Source of the DNA: Felis catus
Lineage: Eukaryota
Direction of reading: 5' to 3'
Length of the DNA: 64,000 nt
NCBI RefSeq assembly: GCF_018350175.1
Contig: NC_058368.1
Span: 74,526,001-74,590,000, forward strand
In this document: positions 1 to 12,274 of the stretch, piece after piece
Numbering within the stretch: the stretch's first letter is position 1
Layout of the letters: each line of letters opens with the position of its first letter
Translations under genes and position numbers: made by a program
The notes under the pieces: generated by a model
Database searches by the model: none
What the model was told of the DNA's origin: nothing
The model's input: the letters and a program-made list of their open reading frames with translations, nothing else

Positions 1-1382
1 GATGAAACAAACCTTCGAAAGCTTTATTCGCTGGCAACTAAACCTAAGTGATTCTCTTTATTTACTCAAACATGACATACTTGATTCAAGTGGATTTTAA
101 TGAGAATCTCCTTTAATTTTGTTATTAGCATGATGCTTCTATTAATAGAATCGGACTTGGACATTATTATTTGCATATAATAAAGCGATTACACATGAAA
201 AAGCAGACAAGTCCTGACTTTACTGGATGACTAATAGAAAAGTTATCAAGATCCAGAAATAAAGAAAAGCTTTAATGTAACTATTTCCTTATAGGTAGAT
301 CTCCAGTTTTTCAGTTCTGGAAGCTCAAATATCTCACCTTTTCCCCATGTCTTCATCCAACACTAACTTGTTTGCTATTTAAGGGAAATCGTCAACTTGA
401 AGATATCATGGGTGTATCTTAGCTGTTTGGGTTCATGTTTAGTAAAGTGGCCTCTGTTACAAACCTTATTTACCTGCTAATGTTCAACGGAAATTTAGTA
501 TTTGTTGGACTAAAATATCATCTAGAAAATACTCTAGCTTTAACTTCCCAACTGTTTTTTTATATTTTTACTATTTTTTTTTATTTAAAAAAGTAAATGC
601 AGTGATACGGTTGAGTAAACTCAGAGAGGAAAAAGAATTATTCTATTTTGAAAATAAAAAGAAGCAGTTTGCCTTAAAACACAATACCTTCAATGTATGA
701 CCTTTTTAGTTCATTACTTATATCAGCGGCTATAGGATGTAATAGCTCCGAGGAAACTTAGAAGCAGTCACTCCTATCTTTTCATGTTAAATATAAAGCA
801 GTGCTAATGTCCTTTTGTATATTTGGATGAAATTGTATTAAGTAAGTTTAGCAATCACAATGTAATGAAAACTTAGAATTAATATTTATACATTTTTAAG
901 TGGATTTCCATATAGATGACATTTTCTTCCAGCATTTTTTATTGTTAGTAAAAGAACCAAAATATGTGCTACCTAATTCACTATAATAATGAAACATACA
1001 CATTGAGACACCTTTCAAACAACAAAATTTGCTTATGTTCTCAAGTTTTCATGCAGAAGCTCCCTACCAACCTCCTCTCTCTGATGGAAAGATATCTGGA
1101 GCTCATTCATTAGCTCCTGGTCATTTGATAATGAAAATGCTCTTTTCTGGTGGAAGTAAAAAAATAAATAAATAAAAAGGCCATGGGTTAAAAAATTTCC
1201 TGAATTAAAATAAAGTAAATCTCCATATGGTTTTTCAAAGACACCAAAGATGCTCCTTTTCATATCTTGTCAGAGAATAATGCTTCTTCTTCTAACATGA
1301 AAATTATAAATATATTATTTACCCTATATATAGACGATATATTTAATACATAAGATGTAATGTAAGTCTTCATATATGTGTG

Positions 1383-1410
1383 CACACACACACACACACA
1401 CACACTCACA
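1383..1410. repeat. (CA)n microsatellite
   Basis: cacacaca... run seen directly. Confidence 0.95.
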
Positions 1411-2051
1411 TATGCTTTGGCCAATTACATTTTTACAGTTTAACATTTAATGAACCCAAATGTTAATTCCTTTTTCCCTTTTCTTTTCTTTGTATACATC
1501 CAAAAATGCTCATAAATTTTTCTTAAATAGTTTTCTTCTGAGCTCTTAGTTTTGATAGTCTTCTTTTTATTACAATTTAAATCCATGGAATATCCTATGT
1601 TAACAACACTAGGTTGTTATTGTTATTGAACACATTATTGTCCTAAGATATTTAAAATTCCACCAGACTATTTAATTTAAAAACGTACAAAGCTATACTC
1701 ACAAGAGCATTTGTTTGTTTGTTTGTTTCCGATTTCAAATAATTAAGAGCTAGTTTCTTGATGTTGAAATTATGTTGCATAATACCGGTAAAGGTATTCA
1801 TGAAAAAAATTATCTTCATTACCGCTTGGAAAGAGTGTATATGAGAAATACAGGCACACTCTAAACATTAAAAAAGATCAGGTTGCCTTTGGTTGTATGG
1901 CACATTTTTGTTATCAACAGATATTACACAGAATAGACTTACCAATAGAATTGATTTCTAAGTTTATTCCTGTAATAGGTTCTGAGATAAAGAGCTTACA
2001 TTACCTACCATAAACTCATATTCCCGTTTTTGTGAATGTTGTTCTGTGCAG

Positions 2052-2116
2052 CCGCTTCAAACTTTACATGAATTGGATATCCTAATGGCTCATTCCTTTC
2101 AGGTGCACTGCGATGG
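2052..2116 (+). other. Candidate internal exon of an unidentified gene (65 nt; alternative 14-nt form 2103-2116)
   Basis: Acceptor ttgttctgtgcAG (2050-2051) and strong donor TGG|gtgagt (2117-2122). One frame is open (PLQTLHELDILMAHSFQVHCDG). A second acceptor, ctcattcctttcAG (2101-2102), follows a ctaat branch-like motif. Peptide not recognised. Confidence 0.25.
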
Positions 2117-3405
2117 GTGAGTTTCTTGGGCCTCCGTAGCACGGGAACTCTAGCCTGAGGTTCTCGTCCATGGAAACGAATTCTACTTCTGCAACTTCTA
2201 TAGGAAGCAACGGTGACACAAGAGAGTGAGGTCATGTTGAATAAATCATCTCCTTTAACTTCAAGATTACAATGACAGCTAAGAGTACCTTGTATACTAG
2301 TCATTGGTATAGATGACATTTTCCCTTATACATTTGATACTTATTATAATCACTTTTGTTCCTTGAGCTCTTGGGCACCCCAAAATTTGAATCGTTGAGT
2401 TACTATTATCCAAAGTAAGTTTTACAATATTTTATGAGACCCTGTCAATTTCTCACTGATTATGCCACTCATTTTCCACTTGATTGTTTCCTTTAACTTC
2501 ATCCAGGAATTCAGAGAATCCTGTTATATGGTTAAGGAAAGAACTCAGGATCATATTAATGTTATCTGGGCTGGTGGAGAGCCTGGGAACTACTTTTTAC
2601 AGAAGTTTCTGAAAATACCTGGTTCTAGGTTTAGCATTGAGCCTAGAGAAAAGGGTTCAGATGTAAAGAAGTATGTCTAACACGAACGACTCTCAGTGAC
2701 ATTCATTTTCCACTTTTGGTGGTTCCTCAGTCCCAGAAAGGAAATACCCCCTTTCCCTCCCATCTTCCTAGAAAGTAATATTTTAGACAATGTTGACTTG
2801 GCAAATATTTTAAACTCTTGGACTGATTCTGACACTAATACTCCAGCATCTACCAAAAATATGTCAACAGGCACACACAATCATAAAAACAAAAATAATG
2901 GAAATAGTAAACATTTAGTTTCTGAGGTGACAGGAAGTGTCTCTCAATTAAACAGATGCCTGCTGTGTACCTGATAAAACAATTTCCAGCTCTGGACTTC
3001 CCCTGCTGACTTTCAAAATGACAAAGTAGTATTCTGGAATTATCCCGGAAGAGGTTGACCTTCATCAACACTCTCTTCTTTGCATGCACGTCTCTTTCTC
3101 TTTCTGCAACACCTGTTTTCACATTTGGATCCTAAACAAACTGAAGACCTAAAGATCAACTGTCGTTTTTTAAGGTAAAACACAGCCAGACAATAAATCG
3201 ATGGAATATCTGAAGTCCTTTGCATATTTTAAGATCAAAATCAATAATGATGACATTTTTGGCTTCAGTTGTTCATGTATTATTGTTCATGTATTCAAAT
3301 TTTTACAACAAATAGGGTTAAAAGTGCACAGAGTGATCTTCCTTGTGGAAAAAAGAAGGTAATACTTCAATTAAAAAAACAAAACAAATAATATTGAAGC
3401 CTCTT

Positions 3406-3620
3406 AAAATTTTTTTCTCAATGTTGACTTGTTTTTGAGAGAGAGAGAGAGAGAGTGAGCAGGAGAGGGGCGGAAAGAGAAGGAGACACAGAATCCAAAG
3501 CAGGCTCCAGGCTCTGAGATGTCAACACAGAGCCCAATGGGGGCCTCAGATCCGTGAACCGCAAGATGATGACCTGAGCTGACGTCAGATGCTTAACCTA
3601 CTGAGCCACCCAGGCACCCT
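3406..3620 (-). mobile_element. Can-SINE (SINEC)
   Basis: Reverse complement of tRNA-derived head, (CT)n tract and A-tail; TSD aagcctctt at 3397-3405 and 3622-3630. Confidence 0.95.
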
Positions 3621-3730
3621 AAAGCCTCTTTTATAGTATCATAGGCAAATATTTCTGACATAGTCCAAGTGAGCGTGTATTTTGTCTAAAGTGTTTGTAG
3701 TATAATAGCAGATAATCTCAGAAAACTAGA

Positions 3731-3798
3731 TCTGGCACAAGGTAGATACTCATTAATATATGTATTGATTGAATGAATGAATGAATGAATGAATGAAT
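3731..3798 (+). mobile_element. L2 3' end with (TGAA)n tail
   Basis: tctggcacaaggtagatactcattaatatatgtattgattgaatgaatgaatg resembles the L2 3' terminus. Confidence 0.65.
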
Positions 3799-4469
3799 AG
3801 AATGGAAAACTATTTTTCTACTAAGTGGAATGTTTATCTTTGAAATGCCTTTGAAATCTTTGAAAGTTTAAGATGGTTAACTCCTTAATTTCAAGGTTTA
3901 ATCGAAGTGTACAATTCTTGGGATCCCCAGCTACAACATTCAAGAATGTTGACGGAGGTTGATAATAATCAAAGAGAGGATTGAAGCATTACACACTAAA
4001 TAACTGATCCAGCCACTTAACGTTCAAAATATGTTTAAAACTAGGTGAGGGGTTTATTAATGTTTTCTAAAGTGTTAACATTTTCAAGTGCTCAATATTT
4101 TGTGATTGAATTACCTTTAATGTAATTAAGAGGTACTAATTATTCAGTTCACTCCTGAGTGAATGGTAAATAATGAAGACGTGATTTTAAAGTTACATAC
4201 CAAAAAAAAAAAATCAAATCGTTTGGACATGGCCATGAAAAAAATATTTTCTTCTGTTATAACAATAGAGAAATGATGACCACAAAATGTAAAGTATATG
4301 TTCTTAAAAATCTAAAGAGGTATTTAAGCCCATCTTCTGATTTGTTTGGAAGGCAGAGAGTAGAAGGCATTCTGAACAAAACTACCATTCAACCATATGT
4401 ACTAAGAATCTACTTTAGTTCAAATGAATTCTACGGGAGTTGGCAACGTACAAAAAAAATTACTTGCAA

Positions 4470-4580
4470 GAATCAAGAGACTAGGGTTCAAATCTCAGTT
4501 CAGACATGTGTGAGCTGCATAAACTGGGTAAGTCACCTGTTTGATGACTCTATTTATAAAATAAGAGTTTGGATTGGATT
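4470..4580 (+). mobile_element. MIR fragment
   Basis: ctagggttcaaatctcag...ctgggtaagtcac...tataaaataag resembles the MIR core. Confidence 0.55.
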
Positions 4581-4633
4581 ATTGGTTCTCAAACTTGGGT
4601 GAAGCTTGAAATAATTTGGTGAGTTTTCCATTA

Positions 4634-4635
<2 letters not shown>

Positions 4636-4683
<48 letters not shown>

Positions 4684-4712
4684 GTGCATATATATATATG
4701 TATATATATATA
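4636..4712. repeat. (TA)n microsatellite, interrupted
   Basis: Long tatata run with tg/gc interruptions. Confidence 0.95.
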
Positions 4713-4724
4713 TCATCTATATAA

Positions 4725-5025
4725 TAGATGTCTCCTTGTTTCTTTGGATTTGTGATGGCTTTTTAGACGTTTCCTTATTTCTCATGAGTTTAATGCTTTT
4801 AAGGAATAGACACGTAGGTATTGTCAGGAATTCGTAATTCAGATATGGCTGATTTTTTTGTTGCAATTAAATTCTGGTTCTACACTTTGGGGGAAGAATA
4901 ACATCAGGGTTGGTATGTTCTCTTTAGTGAATGGTGTGAACATGGTTTATTATTTGTGGTATCTACGTTGAACATTCGGTTAAGGTAACGTCTACCAGAT
5001 TCTCACACTGTAAAATTGCTATTGT
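4725..5025 (-). mobile_element. Ancient L1 (L1MC-like) 3' UTR fragment
   Basis: ggttaaggtaacgtctaccagattctcacactgtaaaattgct resembles the L1MC 3' UTR on the minus strand. Confidence 0.5.
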
Positions 5026-5029
5026 TCCA

Positions 5030-5258
5030 GGTAAAACTATGGAGACAGTAAAAAGATCAGTGGTTGCCGGGAGTTGAGAGGAGAGATGAATAGGCAGGGC
5101 AGAGGGGATTTTTAGGGCAGTGAAAAAAATGCTCTGTATGATAATGATGGATCATGTCCTTGCACATTTGCCCAAACCCACAGAATGTACAACACCAAGG
5201 GTGAACCTTGTGCGCACTATGGACACTGGGTGATAATGATGTCTCAGTAAGGTTTTAT
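5030..5258 (+). mobile_element. L1MC1/2-like 3' UTR fragment
   Basis: aaaactatggagacagtaaaaagatcagtggttgcc...caaacccacagaatgtacaacaccaag...gggtgataatgatgt, characteristic of the L1MC 3' UTR. Confidence 0.8.
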
Positions 5259-5279
5259 TAAATAAATTGGAGGGCTGGG

Positions 5280-5690
5280 AGCCTTGAAAACTGAGACATC
5301 AGTGTACTCTAAGGTCAGTGTCGGGAATTGGAAATGAGATTCAGCCAATCAATTTGGGGAGGATGGGCAGTGTTATAGGAGGAAAACCAAGAGAATACAG
5401 TCACCTTGAAGCAAAGAGAATCCAATTTCGAAAAGGCTGAGGCAACTTTACCAGATGCTGCCGTGTGGTGTGAGATGAACACCGAGAATTGAGTCTTGGA
5501 TTTGGCAAGTCGCTGCTGACTTTGACAAGAGCAGTTTCAATGGGGTAATGAGGGGGGGAAAAAAGACCAACTAGGATGCATTTAAGAAATAATGGGCAAA
5601 GAGAGATGAAAAGATAATAATGCCCAATGATTCATGGGAGGCGTTTTTGCTCTAAAGAAATGTAAATTAAAGGAACAGTTGCTGATGAAG
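5280..5690 (-). mobile_element. L2 fragment
   Basis: ggaggaaaaccaagagaa...ttggatttggcaag...gactttgacaagagcagtttcaatgggg matches L2 antisense. Confidence 0.7.
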
Positions 5691-5704
5691 TTAACACAGG
5701 GTTC

Positions 5705-5981
5705 TTTTTTTTTTTCTTTCACTTTTATTGAGATATAATTGACACGTAGCACTGTATAAGAGTAAGGCCTACAATGTGTTGATTTGAAAAACTCCTATAT
5801 TGTGATATGGATTCGCTAATGCCTCCATCAGTCTCTTTCTTTTTTGAGGTGAACACATTTAAGATCTACTTTCTTAGCAACTTTCAAATAGATAATACCG
5901 CATTGTTAACTATATTCACAATGCTGGGCATTAGATCCCCAGGACTTATTCATCTTCTCAGTGAAATTTTGTACCCTTTGA
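5705..5981 (-). mobile_element. L1MA-like 3' end
   Basis: Poly-T, then ttttattgagatataattgaca...aagatctactttcttagcaactttcaa...cattagatccccaggacttattcatctt. Confidence 0.8.
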
Positions 5982-6739
5982 AGGAAACTTCTTGATGTTA
6001 AAATACCATTTTTAATTAAGTGAAAATGTGAATGGCTGAATTCATGAGTGAAAAGCACTTAAAAGTATTTTTCCTTTATTCTAACCATTTGTGTCAAAGA
6101 TTCTTTCATAGCATCATTAGGTCCAAGACCTACATTCATATTCTAATATTTCATTTTTTCACTTAATCTCAATACTTCAACACTTTTCCTACTTTATTCT
6201 TACATTCTTTTATTAAAAGTTATAATAAAGAAAAATAAAGGAAGTGGTTAAACACAGTGTGACCGTAGATCTTGAGGTCATCGTACGTGGAATCCTCATT
6301 CCCTTCCAAACTTTTGCTGGTTTGACAACAAATTATGTATGATTATGATTATGATGATATGTGATATGCCCATAATGTGACTGTTGAATGTATACCTACC
6401 TACACAGTCTAATGGAGGAAATCTCAGTAGGGATGATTTTTTTTTTCATGTGGCTGTTAAGCTATGTTGGCTCAGTAGGCATCTGTGTAAAATAAATGTA
6501 ACTAGCAATGAGAAAGTATTTATACATAACAAGTTGGATGTGTAAATTTATCTGTATACCATTTTATTACTAGTAATTCATCTGCTGATTTCAGAATTGA
6601 TAAAGTCCTCTTGGCATTTCAGTTGTAGCTAATTTATTCATAGATCAGAACACTGTACCGAGCTGTTACTTTGTTTTATACATCCTTGTAGTAGTATTCA
6701 TTGGAAGAATAAGTTTCAAAAATATTTTAGTGTAGGGGG

Positions 6740-6945
6740 AAGAGAACTGAATCAGGAGTGAATCAGGAGTTGAATCAGAATTCCACTCCTATTGATTGGA
6801 GACCTTTGGAAAGCCACTTGTGCTCTCAACGTCAGGTGCCTCAACTACTAAGGGATACACTATAAACATATATAGGCACTTATCAGGGCATCTGTAAGTA
6901 TCCGGATAATGAAAGCAAAGGGCAAGTCATAAATGTAAGATATAA
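6740..6945 (+). mobile_element. MIR fragment (degenerate)
   Basis: MIR-like head and core motifs; 11-bp tandem duplication tgaatcaggag at 6748-6769. Confidence 0.4.
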
Positions 6946-7374
6946 AAACACTTCATGCTTATTTAACACCTTCCTCTATTTTAGGAATGTTCACATGTGT
7001 GTTCTCATTTGATCCCAGAGCAACTTTGTAAGTTAGGCAGGGAAAAAAACTTTTACTCCAAATTTGCCTACAAAAAAAAAAAAAAAACAGAGGAAAGGAA
7101 AAGTTATGTGTTGTAAGCAAATCAACAGTTGCAAAGCTATGGCACCTATGAAATATTAATTTGTGTATTAATTTATGTGTCTGTATATTACATAGCACAG
7201 CTCCACATCTAGGAGAGGAGTTTCCCATATACAGACTAATGTTACTGAATGCTGTGAAATCATTATTGGATTAGAACATTGCTGACAAATAAAAATTTAG
7301 AAATCATTTCAAAATCTTCCTTTAAAATGAATGAACTGGGTCATAAAGAAGTGAAGCAACTTTTTTTAAAGGTG

Positions 7375-7542
7375 TTTTTTATTTAAATCTATTAAATTTA
7401 TTTTGAAAGAGAGAGTGGGGGTTGCGGGGGGACAGGGCAGAGAGAGAGACACACAGAATCCCAAGCAGCCTCCACATTTTCAGTGCAGGTCATGACCTGA
7501 GCCAAAGTGGGACACCCAACAGATTGAACCACCCAGGTGCCC
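7375..7542 (-). mobile_element. Can-SINE with internal deletion
   Basis: SINEC sequence jumps cagtgcag|gtcatgacctgagc at about 7488; the B-box segment is missing. Confidence 0.9.
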
Positions 7543-7546
7543 ATAT

Positions 7547-7579
7547 TTTGTTTTTTTGTTTGTTTGTTTGTTTGTTTTT
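7547..7579. repeat. (TTTG)n simple repeat
   Basis: Seen directly. Confidence 0.85.
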
Positions 7580-9872
7580 CTTACATAAGGATGAAACGTG
7601 AGAACTGGCATTGTGTTTCAAATATTATTCCAAGTACTTTCTGCACAGAAATTCACTGCTGATATACACAATTAACTGTAGAATAGCCCTACCTCTCCCT
7701 GCTTTTCAAAAAGGATATTAGATATAGGCAAGATTGAATAACACAGCCAACATAGCACACGCAAAATGATGGAGTCGATTTCAACTTCAACGCGTGCTTT
7801 TAAGCTCAGACCTGTCTTATCCTCATCGCTGCCTTCGTTTTGTCAAAATGAAAATGCAATTATTAGGGGAAAAAAATCCGGCATTAGACCTTTGGTTTCC
7901 TGAGTAAGTCCAGTGTTTTTTTTTTTTTTTATGATTCGATTCTCTTACGATCATTTGCTGAAGACATATTGCCATGCAGAAGGCATTTCTAGGTTTTGAG
8001 AGATGCAAACTTGGAGAAATACAAACATATGTAGATATATACATATATATGTACTTTGATACGTATGATTGTGTTGGCTGAGGCGAGAGAAGCCTATAGT
8101 TAGTGCTATGGAGGAGACAAGATCACTATGTAGTTGAGTGAAACAGAGAGGGCTTCAAGAACATATGTTACTTGCGTTGTCTGTAAGTTACATTCCCAGC
8201 AAACAGAAAGGCAGAGTCAGAAATAGACGTGTGAGAGTAGCATATGTTCAGAGACCAGCTATGGCCATAAGTCAGAGTCAATGTCATGAGATGAGTCTGG
8301 GAGCTTAGAAAAGCAGCAGATTGGGAAGAGGATGGAGGGTTACAGTGGGGTGTGTAGGTTTTCTCTTGAAGTGATGAGGAGTTATCTTAGATGTGAGAAG
8401 GGTGCGTAAGCTGGTTAATTACATGATTCGATTTTTAGAAATTTTATAAATATATTTAAAATTACATGGAAGGTAGATCAATTGTGGGAAGGCTAATATT
8501 TTTCAGCGCCAAGACTCATTAACAGAGTACTTAGAGAAAATTCTATTTCTTTGAGTTTCTTATTAATTTTTTAAAAGTGAGAACTCATTTATTTTTTACG
8601 GTTTTAATGAAACAATCTCGTTTCTACCCTCATAAATTATGTCCTTAGGTACGGTTTGGAAGAAATCAATATCCAAAGCTTATGGTGGCATCGTACTTTA
8701 GTGAAAGGAGGCGAATTACTTAGTAATTTATATAAATGAAACACAGTAGAATTTGAAATAGCTTCTTAAAACATTTTCCATTAATGTTTACATTTATTTA
8801 TGAATTAACAAATGTGTCAAGAAGAAAAATCATTTTATAGAAAGTCTTGCTAATTTTTCATTTGTATTCTAGGAAAAACATATTTTGCATATATCTGTGG
8901 TCTATTTTAATATTTTACCACTTTCATTTACATTTCAGTTTATTTATCTCTGCTATTTCTCAAATCAATCAGGGCTACTAAAAGTCCCATAATTTTGTTC
9001 TAGAACTGTGAAATGAATGGATTTCTTGAAAAAAAAATCACATAAATCTAATTAATATAAGTGATGTGTATTATCAATATTTAAAAATCATTGAAATAGT
9101 ACTGAATATTCTAAGCATACTGTGAGTATGGATATTTAGCTTTTGAGTATATTCATTTTAAGGCAAGATCGGCACTAATACATATGATTTATCCTTCAGG
9201 TTGATGGGTAAATTTTCAAATGATAACATAGTAAGCCATTTATGATACATTATCTCAGAATACATCATTATTACCTATCAATATACATAGGAACTTAATT
9301 TCCCACTATCATCAAATAAAAATGCATTTGAAAGATTATTTAAACACATGATTTAAAAATGAATTTTTTTTCTACATCTTTCACTCAACTAAATTTTGGT
9401 GTCCATTCAGAGACCATTCTTTTTTCAATGGTATTTTCCTTCTCCTAAAGTTAATGATGTGATGGGAACACATTTTACTTATAAGTTCTTCTTTGTACAG
9501 ATATCTCTCATCACTCTTGCTACACATTAGGATCTTGCTTATGAGTACTTCATCCATACATCTACTCATTAAAATTTATGCTGAGTGCTATGCTACAGTT
9601 TAGGAATATAACTAATGAATCCACAGTCTTGTTTGTAGAACGGGAACCAACAAATGACCAGGTTATGAAATCCTGATGAAGGCTGATAAGGAGCAAACCG
9701 AGAACTCAAAATTGGCATTTAGTCTGATCTTTCCACCAGTAGCAAATCCCTTCCCCAGCTTACTACCTTCTCAGACCTCAAACAATTGAACAGTAATGCT
9801 TAGCACACATATCTTGAGCTACAGCATTCAGTCTATAAATACTCCAGAGGAAAAAAAAAAAAAACAATTCAT

Positions 9873-10109
9873 GGAGCGCCTGGGTGGCTCAGGTTCAGGG
9901 ACTGGTTAAGCGACTGTGACCACCTCTTGATTTTAGCTCTGGTCATGATCTCAGGGTTCCCGGGATCGAAACTTCAGGCTCTGTGCTGACAACACGGAGC
10001 TACTTGGAATTCTCTCTCTCCTCTCTCTCTTTCTCCCCCACTAGCGCTTGCAAGCTGTGCATGTGCATGCTCTCTCGCTCTCAAAGTAAATAAATACACT
10101 TAAAAAAAT
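9873..10109 (+). mobile_element. Can-SINE, older and diverged
   Basis: ggagcgcctgggtggctcag head, ggtcatgatctc, (CT)n tract, aaataaata tail. Confidence 0.92.
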
Positions 10110-10440
10110 ACATGTCTAGGGTATATCCATTTGCAAAAGCGTTTTTCTATTCCACAGAAAAATTAATCGTGATATGTAAAGGGCTCACCATATGAAGGGA
10201 ATACTTCATCTTCTTGTACTTTTAGAAGCCACCTGCTTGAGGACTGTTTTTATGACTACGTCTAGGACATCTCTGTGTCATGATAACCATAATTTTCTCC
10301 TTTCCTTCTCTTCTTCAGCTTACCACTAACCTTCTCTTCTTGTCCACCCAAATCCCTTCACTTGTTCCTGGTTGTATCTTAGAGGACCAATGATAATCAC
10401 ATTGCTTTTCAGACATTATATTTAATTTATATCTCCCCCT

Positions 10441-10444
<4 letters not shown>

Positions 10445-10485
<41 letters not shown>
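10445..10485. repeat. (CT)n microsatellite
   Basis: Seen directly. Confidence 0.95.
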
Positions 10486-10486
<1 letters not shown>

Positions 10487-10717
10487 AGGTACTATGTAGT
10501 AACTGTGCGGCTGTACTCTCACCAGTCACATCTCAACTGCTTCTCAGATGGTACTTTTCTGATTAGACACATATACCTGTTAACATTTCCATATTACCCT
10601 CACTCCTTAAACTCTGGTCCAGTTAGTTAACATAGTTTTCCATTTTCATAGTGTTTATATATATCTGGTAACATCTATACCCTTAAACTTGAGGTAGGGT
10701 CCTGTTCCCAAGGAAAG

Positions 10718-10750
10718 CAAAAACAAAACAAAACAAAACAAACAAAAAAC
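10718..10750. repeat. (AAAAC)n simple repeat
   Basis: Seen directly. Confidence 0.85.
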
Positions 10751-11203
10751 CTCAAGGTAACGTGGCTATACAAAAATGTGGCATCCCTCGGGAACTTGTA
10801 ACATGAGACCACTTAATCAGACAGCATGTTTGCGTGTTACCATCTATGGGAGACAAAGAAGTAGAAAATGTATAAGAAACTACGACACGTGGCTTTTGGG
10901 ACTCAGTTCTTCAGGTACGATCCCAACTGAGCTGTGACGGCACACAAAAAAATTTGCTTCCTAGAAAGAAAAACCTCAGTGTCAGGACTCTCTGGGAAAG
11001 AATCCTGCTACAAACTGAGTAACATATAAATGGAAAGTAAAAATCACATTTAATCATTGAATAAAGTAATGACACTTGTTGCAATTTGTTACACTGAGTT
11101 CAGTCTTTTATTCTGGTAAAAGATAAATGCACAATAATTTTAAGAATGGAATAAGCTGTTTCTTACACATTTTAACATGATTTTTCTTTAAAAGGTGTAT
11201 TGT

Positions 11204-11834
11204 GAAAACATATGGTATCTGTCTTTCTCTGTATGACTTATTTCACTTAGCATAATACTCTCCAGTTCCATCCACTTTGCCACAAAAGGACAGATTTCAT
11301 TCTTTCTCATTGCCAAGTAGTATTCCATTGTATATATAAACCACATCTTCTTTATCCATTCATCAGTTGATGAACATTTAGGTTCTTTCCATAATTTGGC
11401 GTTTGTTGAAAGTGCTGCTGTAAACATTGGGGTACAAGTGCCCCTATGCATCAGCATTCCTGTATCCTTTGGGTAAATTCTTAGCAGAGCTATTGCTGGG
11501 TCATGGGGTAAATCTATTTTTCATTTTTTGAGGAACCTCCACACTGTTTTCCAGAGTGGCTGCGCCCACCCAGTTTGTATTCCCACCAACAGTGCAAGAG
11601 GGTTCCCGTTTCTCCACATCCTCTCCAGCATCTACAGTCTCCTGATTTGTTCATTTAGCCACTCTGACTGGCATGTGGTGATATCTCAGTGTGGTTTTGA
11701 TTTGCATTTCCCTGATGAGGAGTGACATTGAGCATCTTTTCATGTGCCTGTTGGCCATCTGGGTGTCTTCTTTAGAGAAGTGTCTATTCATGTTTTCTGC
11801 CCATTTCTTCACTGGATTATTTGTTTTTTGGATG
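11204..11834 (-). mobile_element. Carnivore L1, inverted 5' segment (ORF2 C-terminus) of a twin-primed insertion
   Basis: Minus-strand translation TCTPMFTAAL...WKEPKCSSTDEWIKKMWFIYTMEYY and [31 protein letters not shown], which is the L1 ORF2p C-terminus. Confidence 0.93.
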
Positions 11835-11928
11835 CACCTGTTGGGATGAGCACTGGGGGTTGTATGGAAACCAATTTGACAATACATTTCATATTTTAAA
11901 AAAAGAAAGTAACTTTAAACCAATTTAA
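11835..11928 (+). mobile_element. Carnivore L1, sense 3' terminus and A-tail of the same insertion
   Basis: cacctgttgggatgagcactgg...ggaaaccaatttgacaat matches the L1 ends at 21760-21820 and 53597-53650; TSD aaaa[g/t]gtgtattgt at 11190-11203 and 11929-11942. Confidence 0.9.
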
Positions 11929-12064
11929 AAAATGTGTATTGTAAGTAAATATTCTAATATTTTTTTAATTACTTAATATATTCTATATATGGAAGTCTTT
12001 GACTGATGGCATATTGTTGGTAATTATATTGTTCCCAGTAGCTCATGTTAGAAATAATGCTATG

Positions 12065-12274
12065 GGGGTGCCTGGGTGGCTCAGTGGGTTAAGCTTCTGA
12101 CTTCAGCTCAGGTCACGATCTCATGGTTCGTGAGTTTGAACCCCACGTCGGACTCTGTGCTGATGGCTCAGAGCCTGGAGCCTGCTTCAGATTCTGTGTT
12201 TCCCTTTCGCTCTGCCCCTCCGCCGCTCACACTCTGTCTGTCTCTCTCACAAATAAATAAACATTAAGAAAATT
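12065..12274 (+). mobile_element. Can-SINE
   Basis: Full length; TSD ttagaaataatgctatg at 12048-12064 and 12275-12291. Confidence 0.97.

Noticed and set aside
2462..3225. Cluster of overlapping ORFs on both strands, possible processed pseudogene
   Set aside because: No recognisable protein, and no poly(A) tail or TSD bounding the region
3269..3295. Short tandem duplications (also 6748-6769 and 52696-52717)
   Set aside because: Ordinary slippage-type duplications with no further structure
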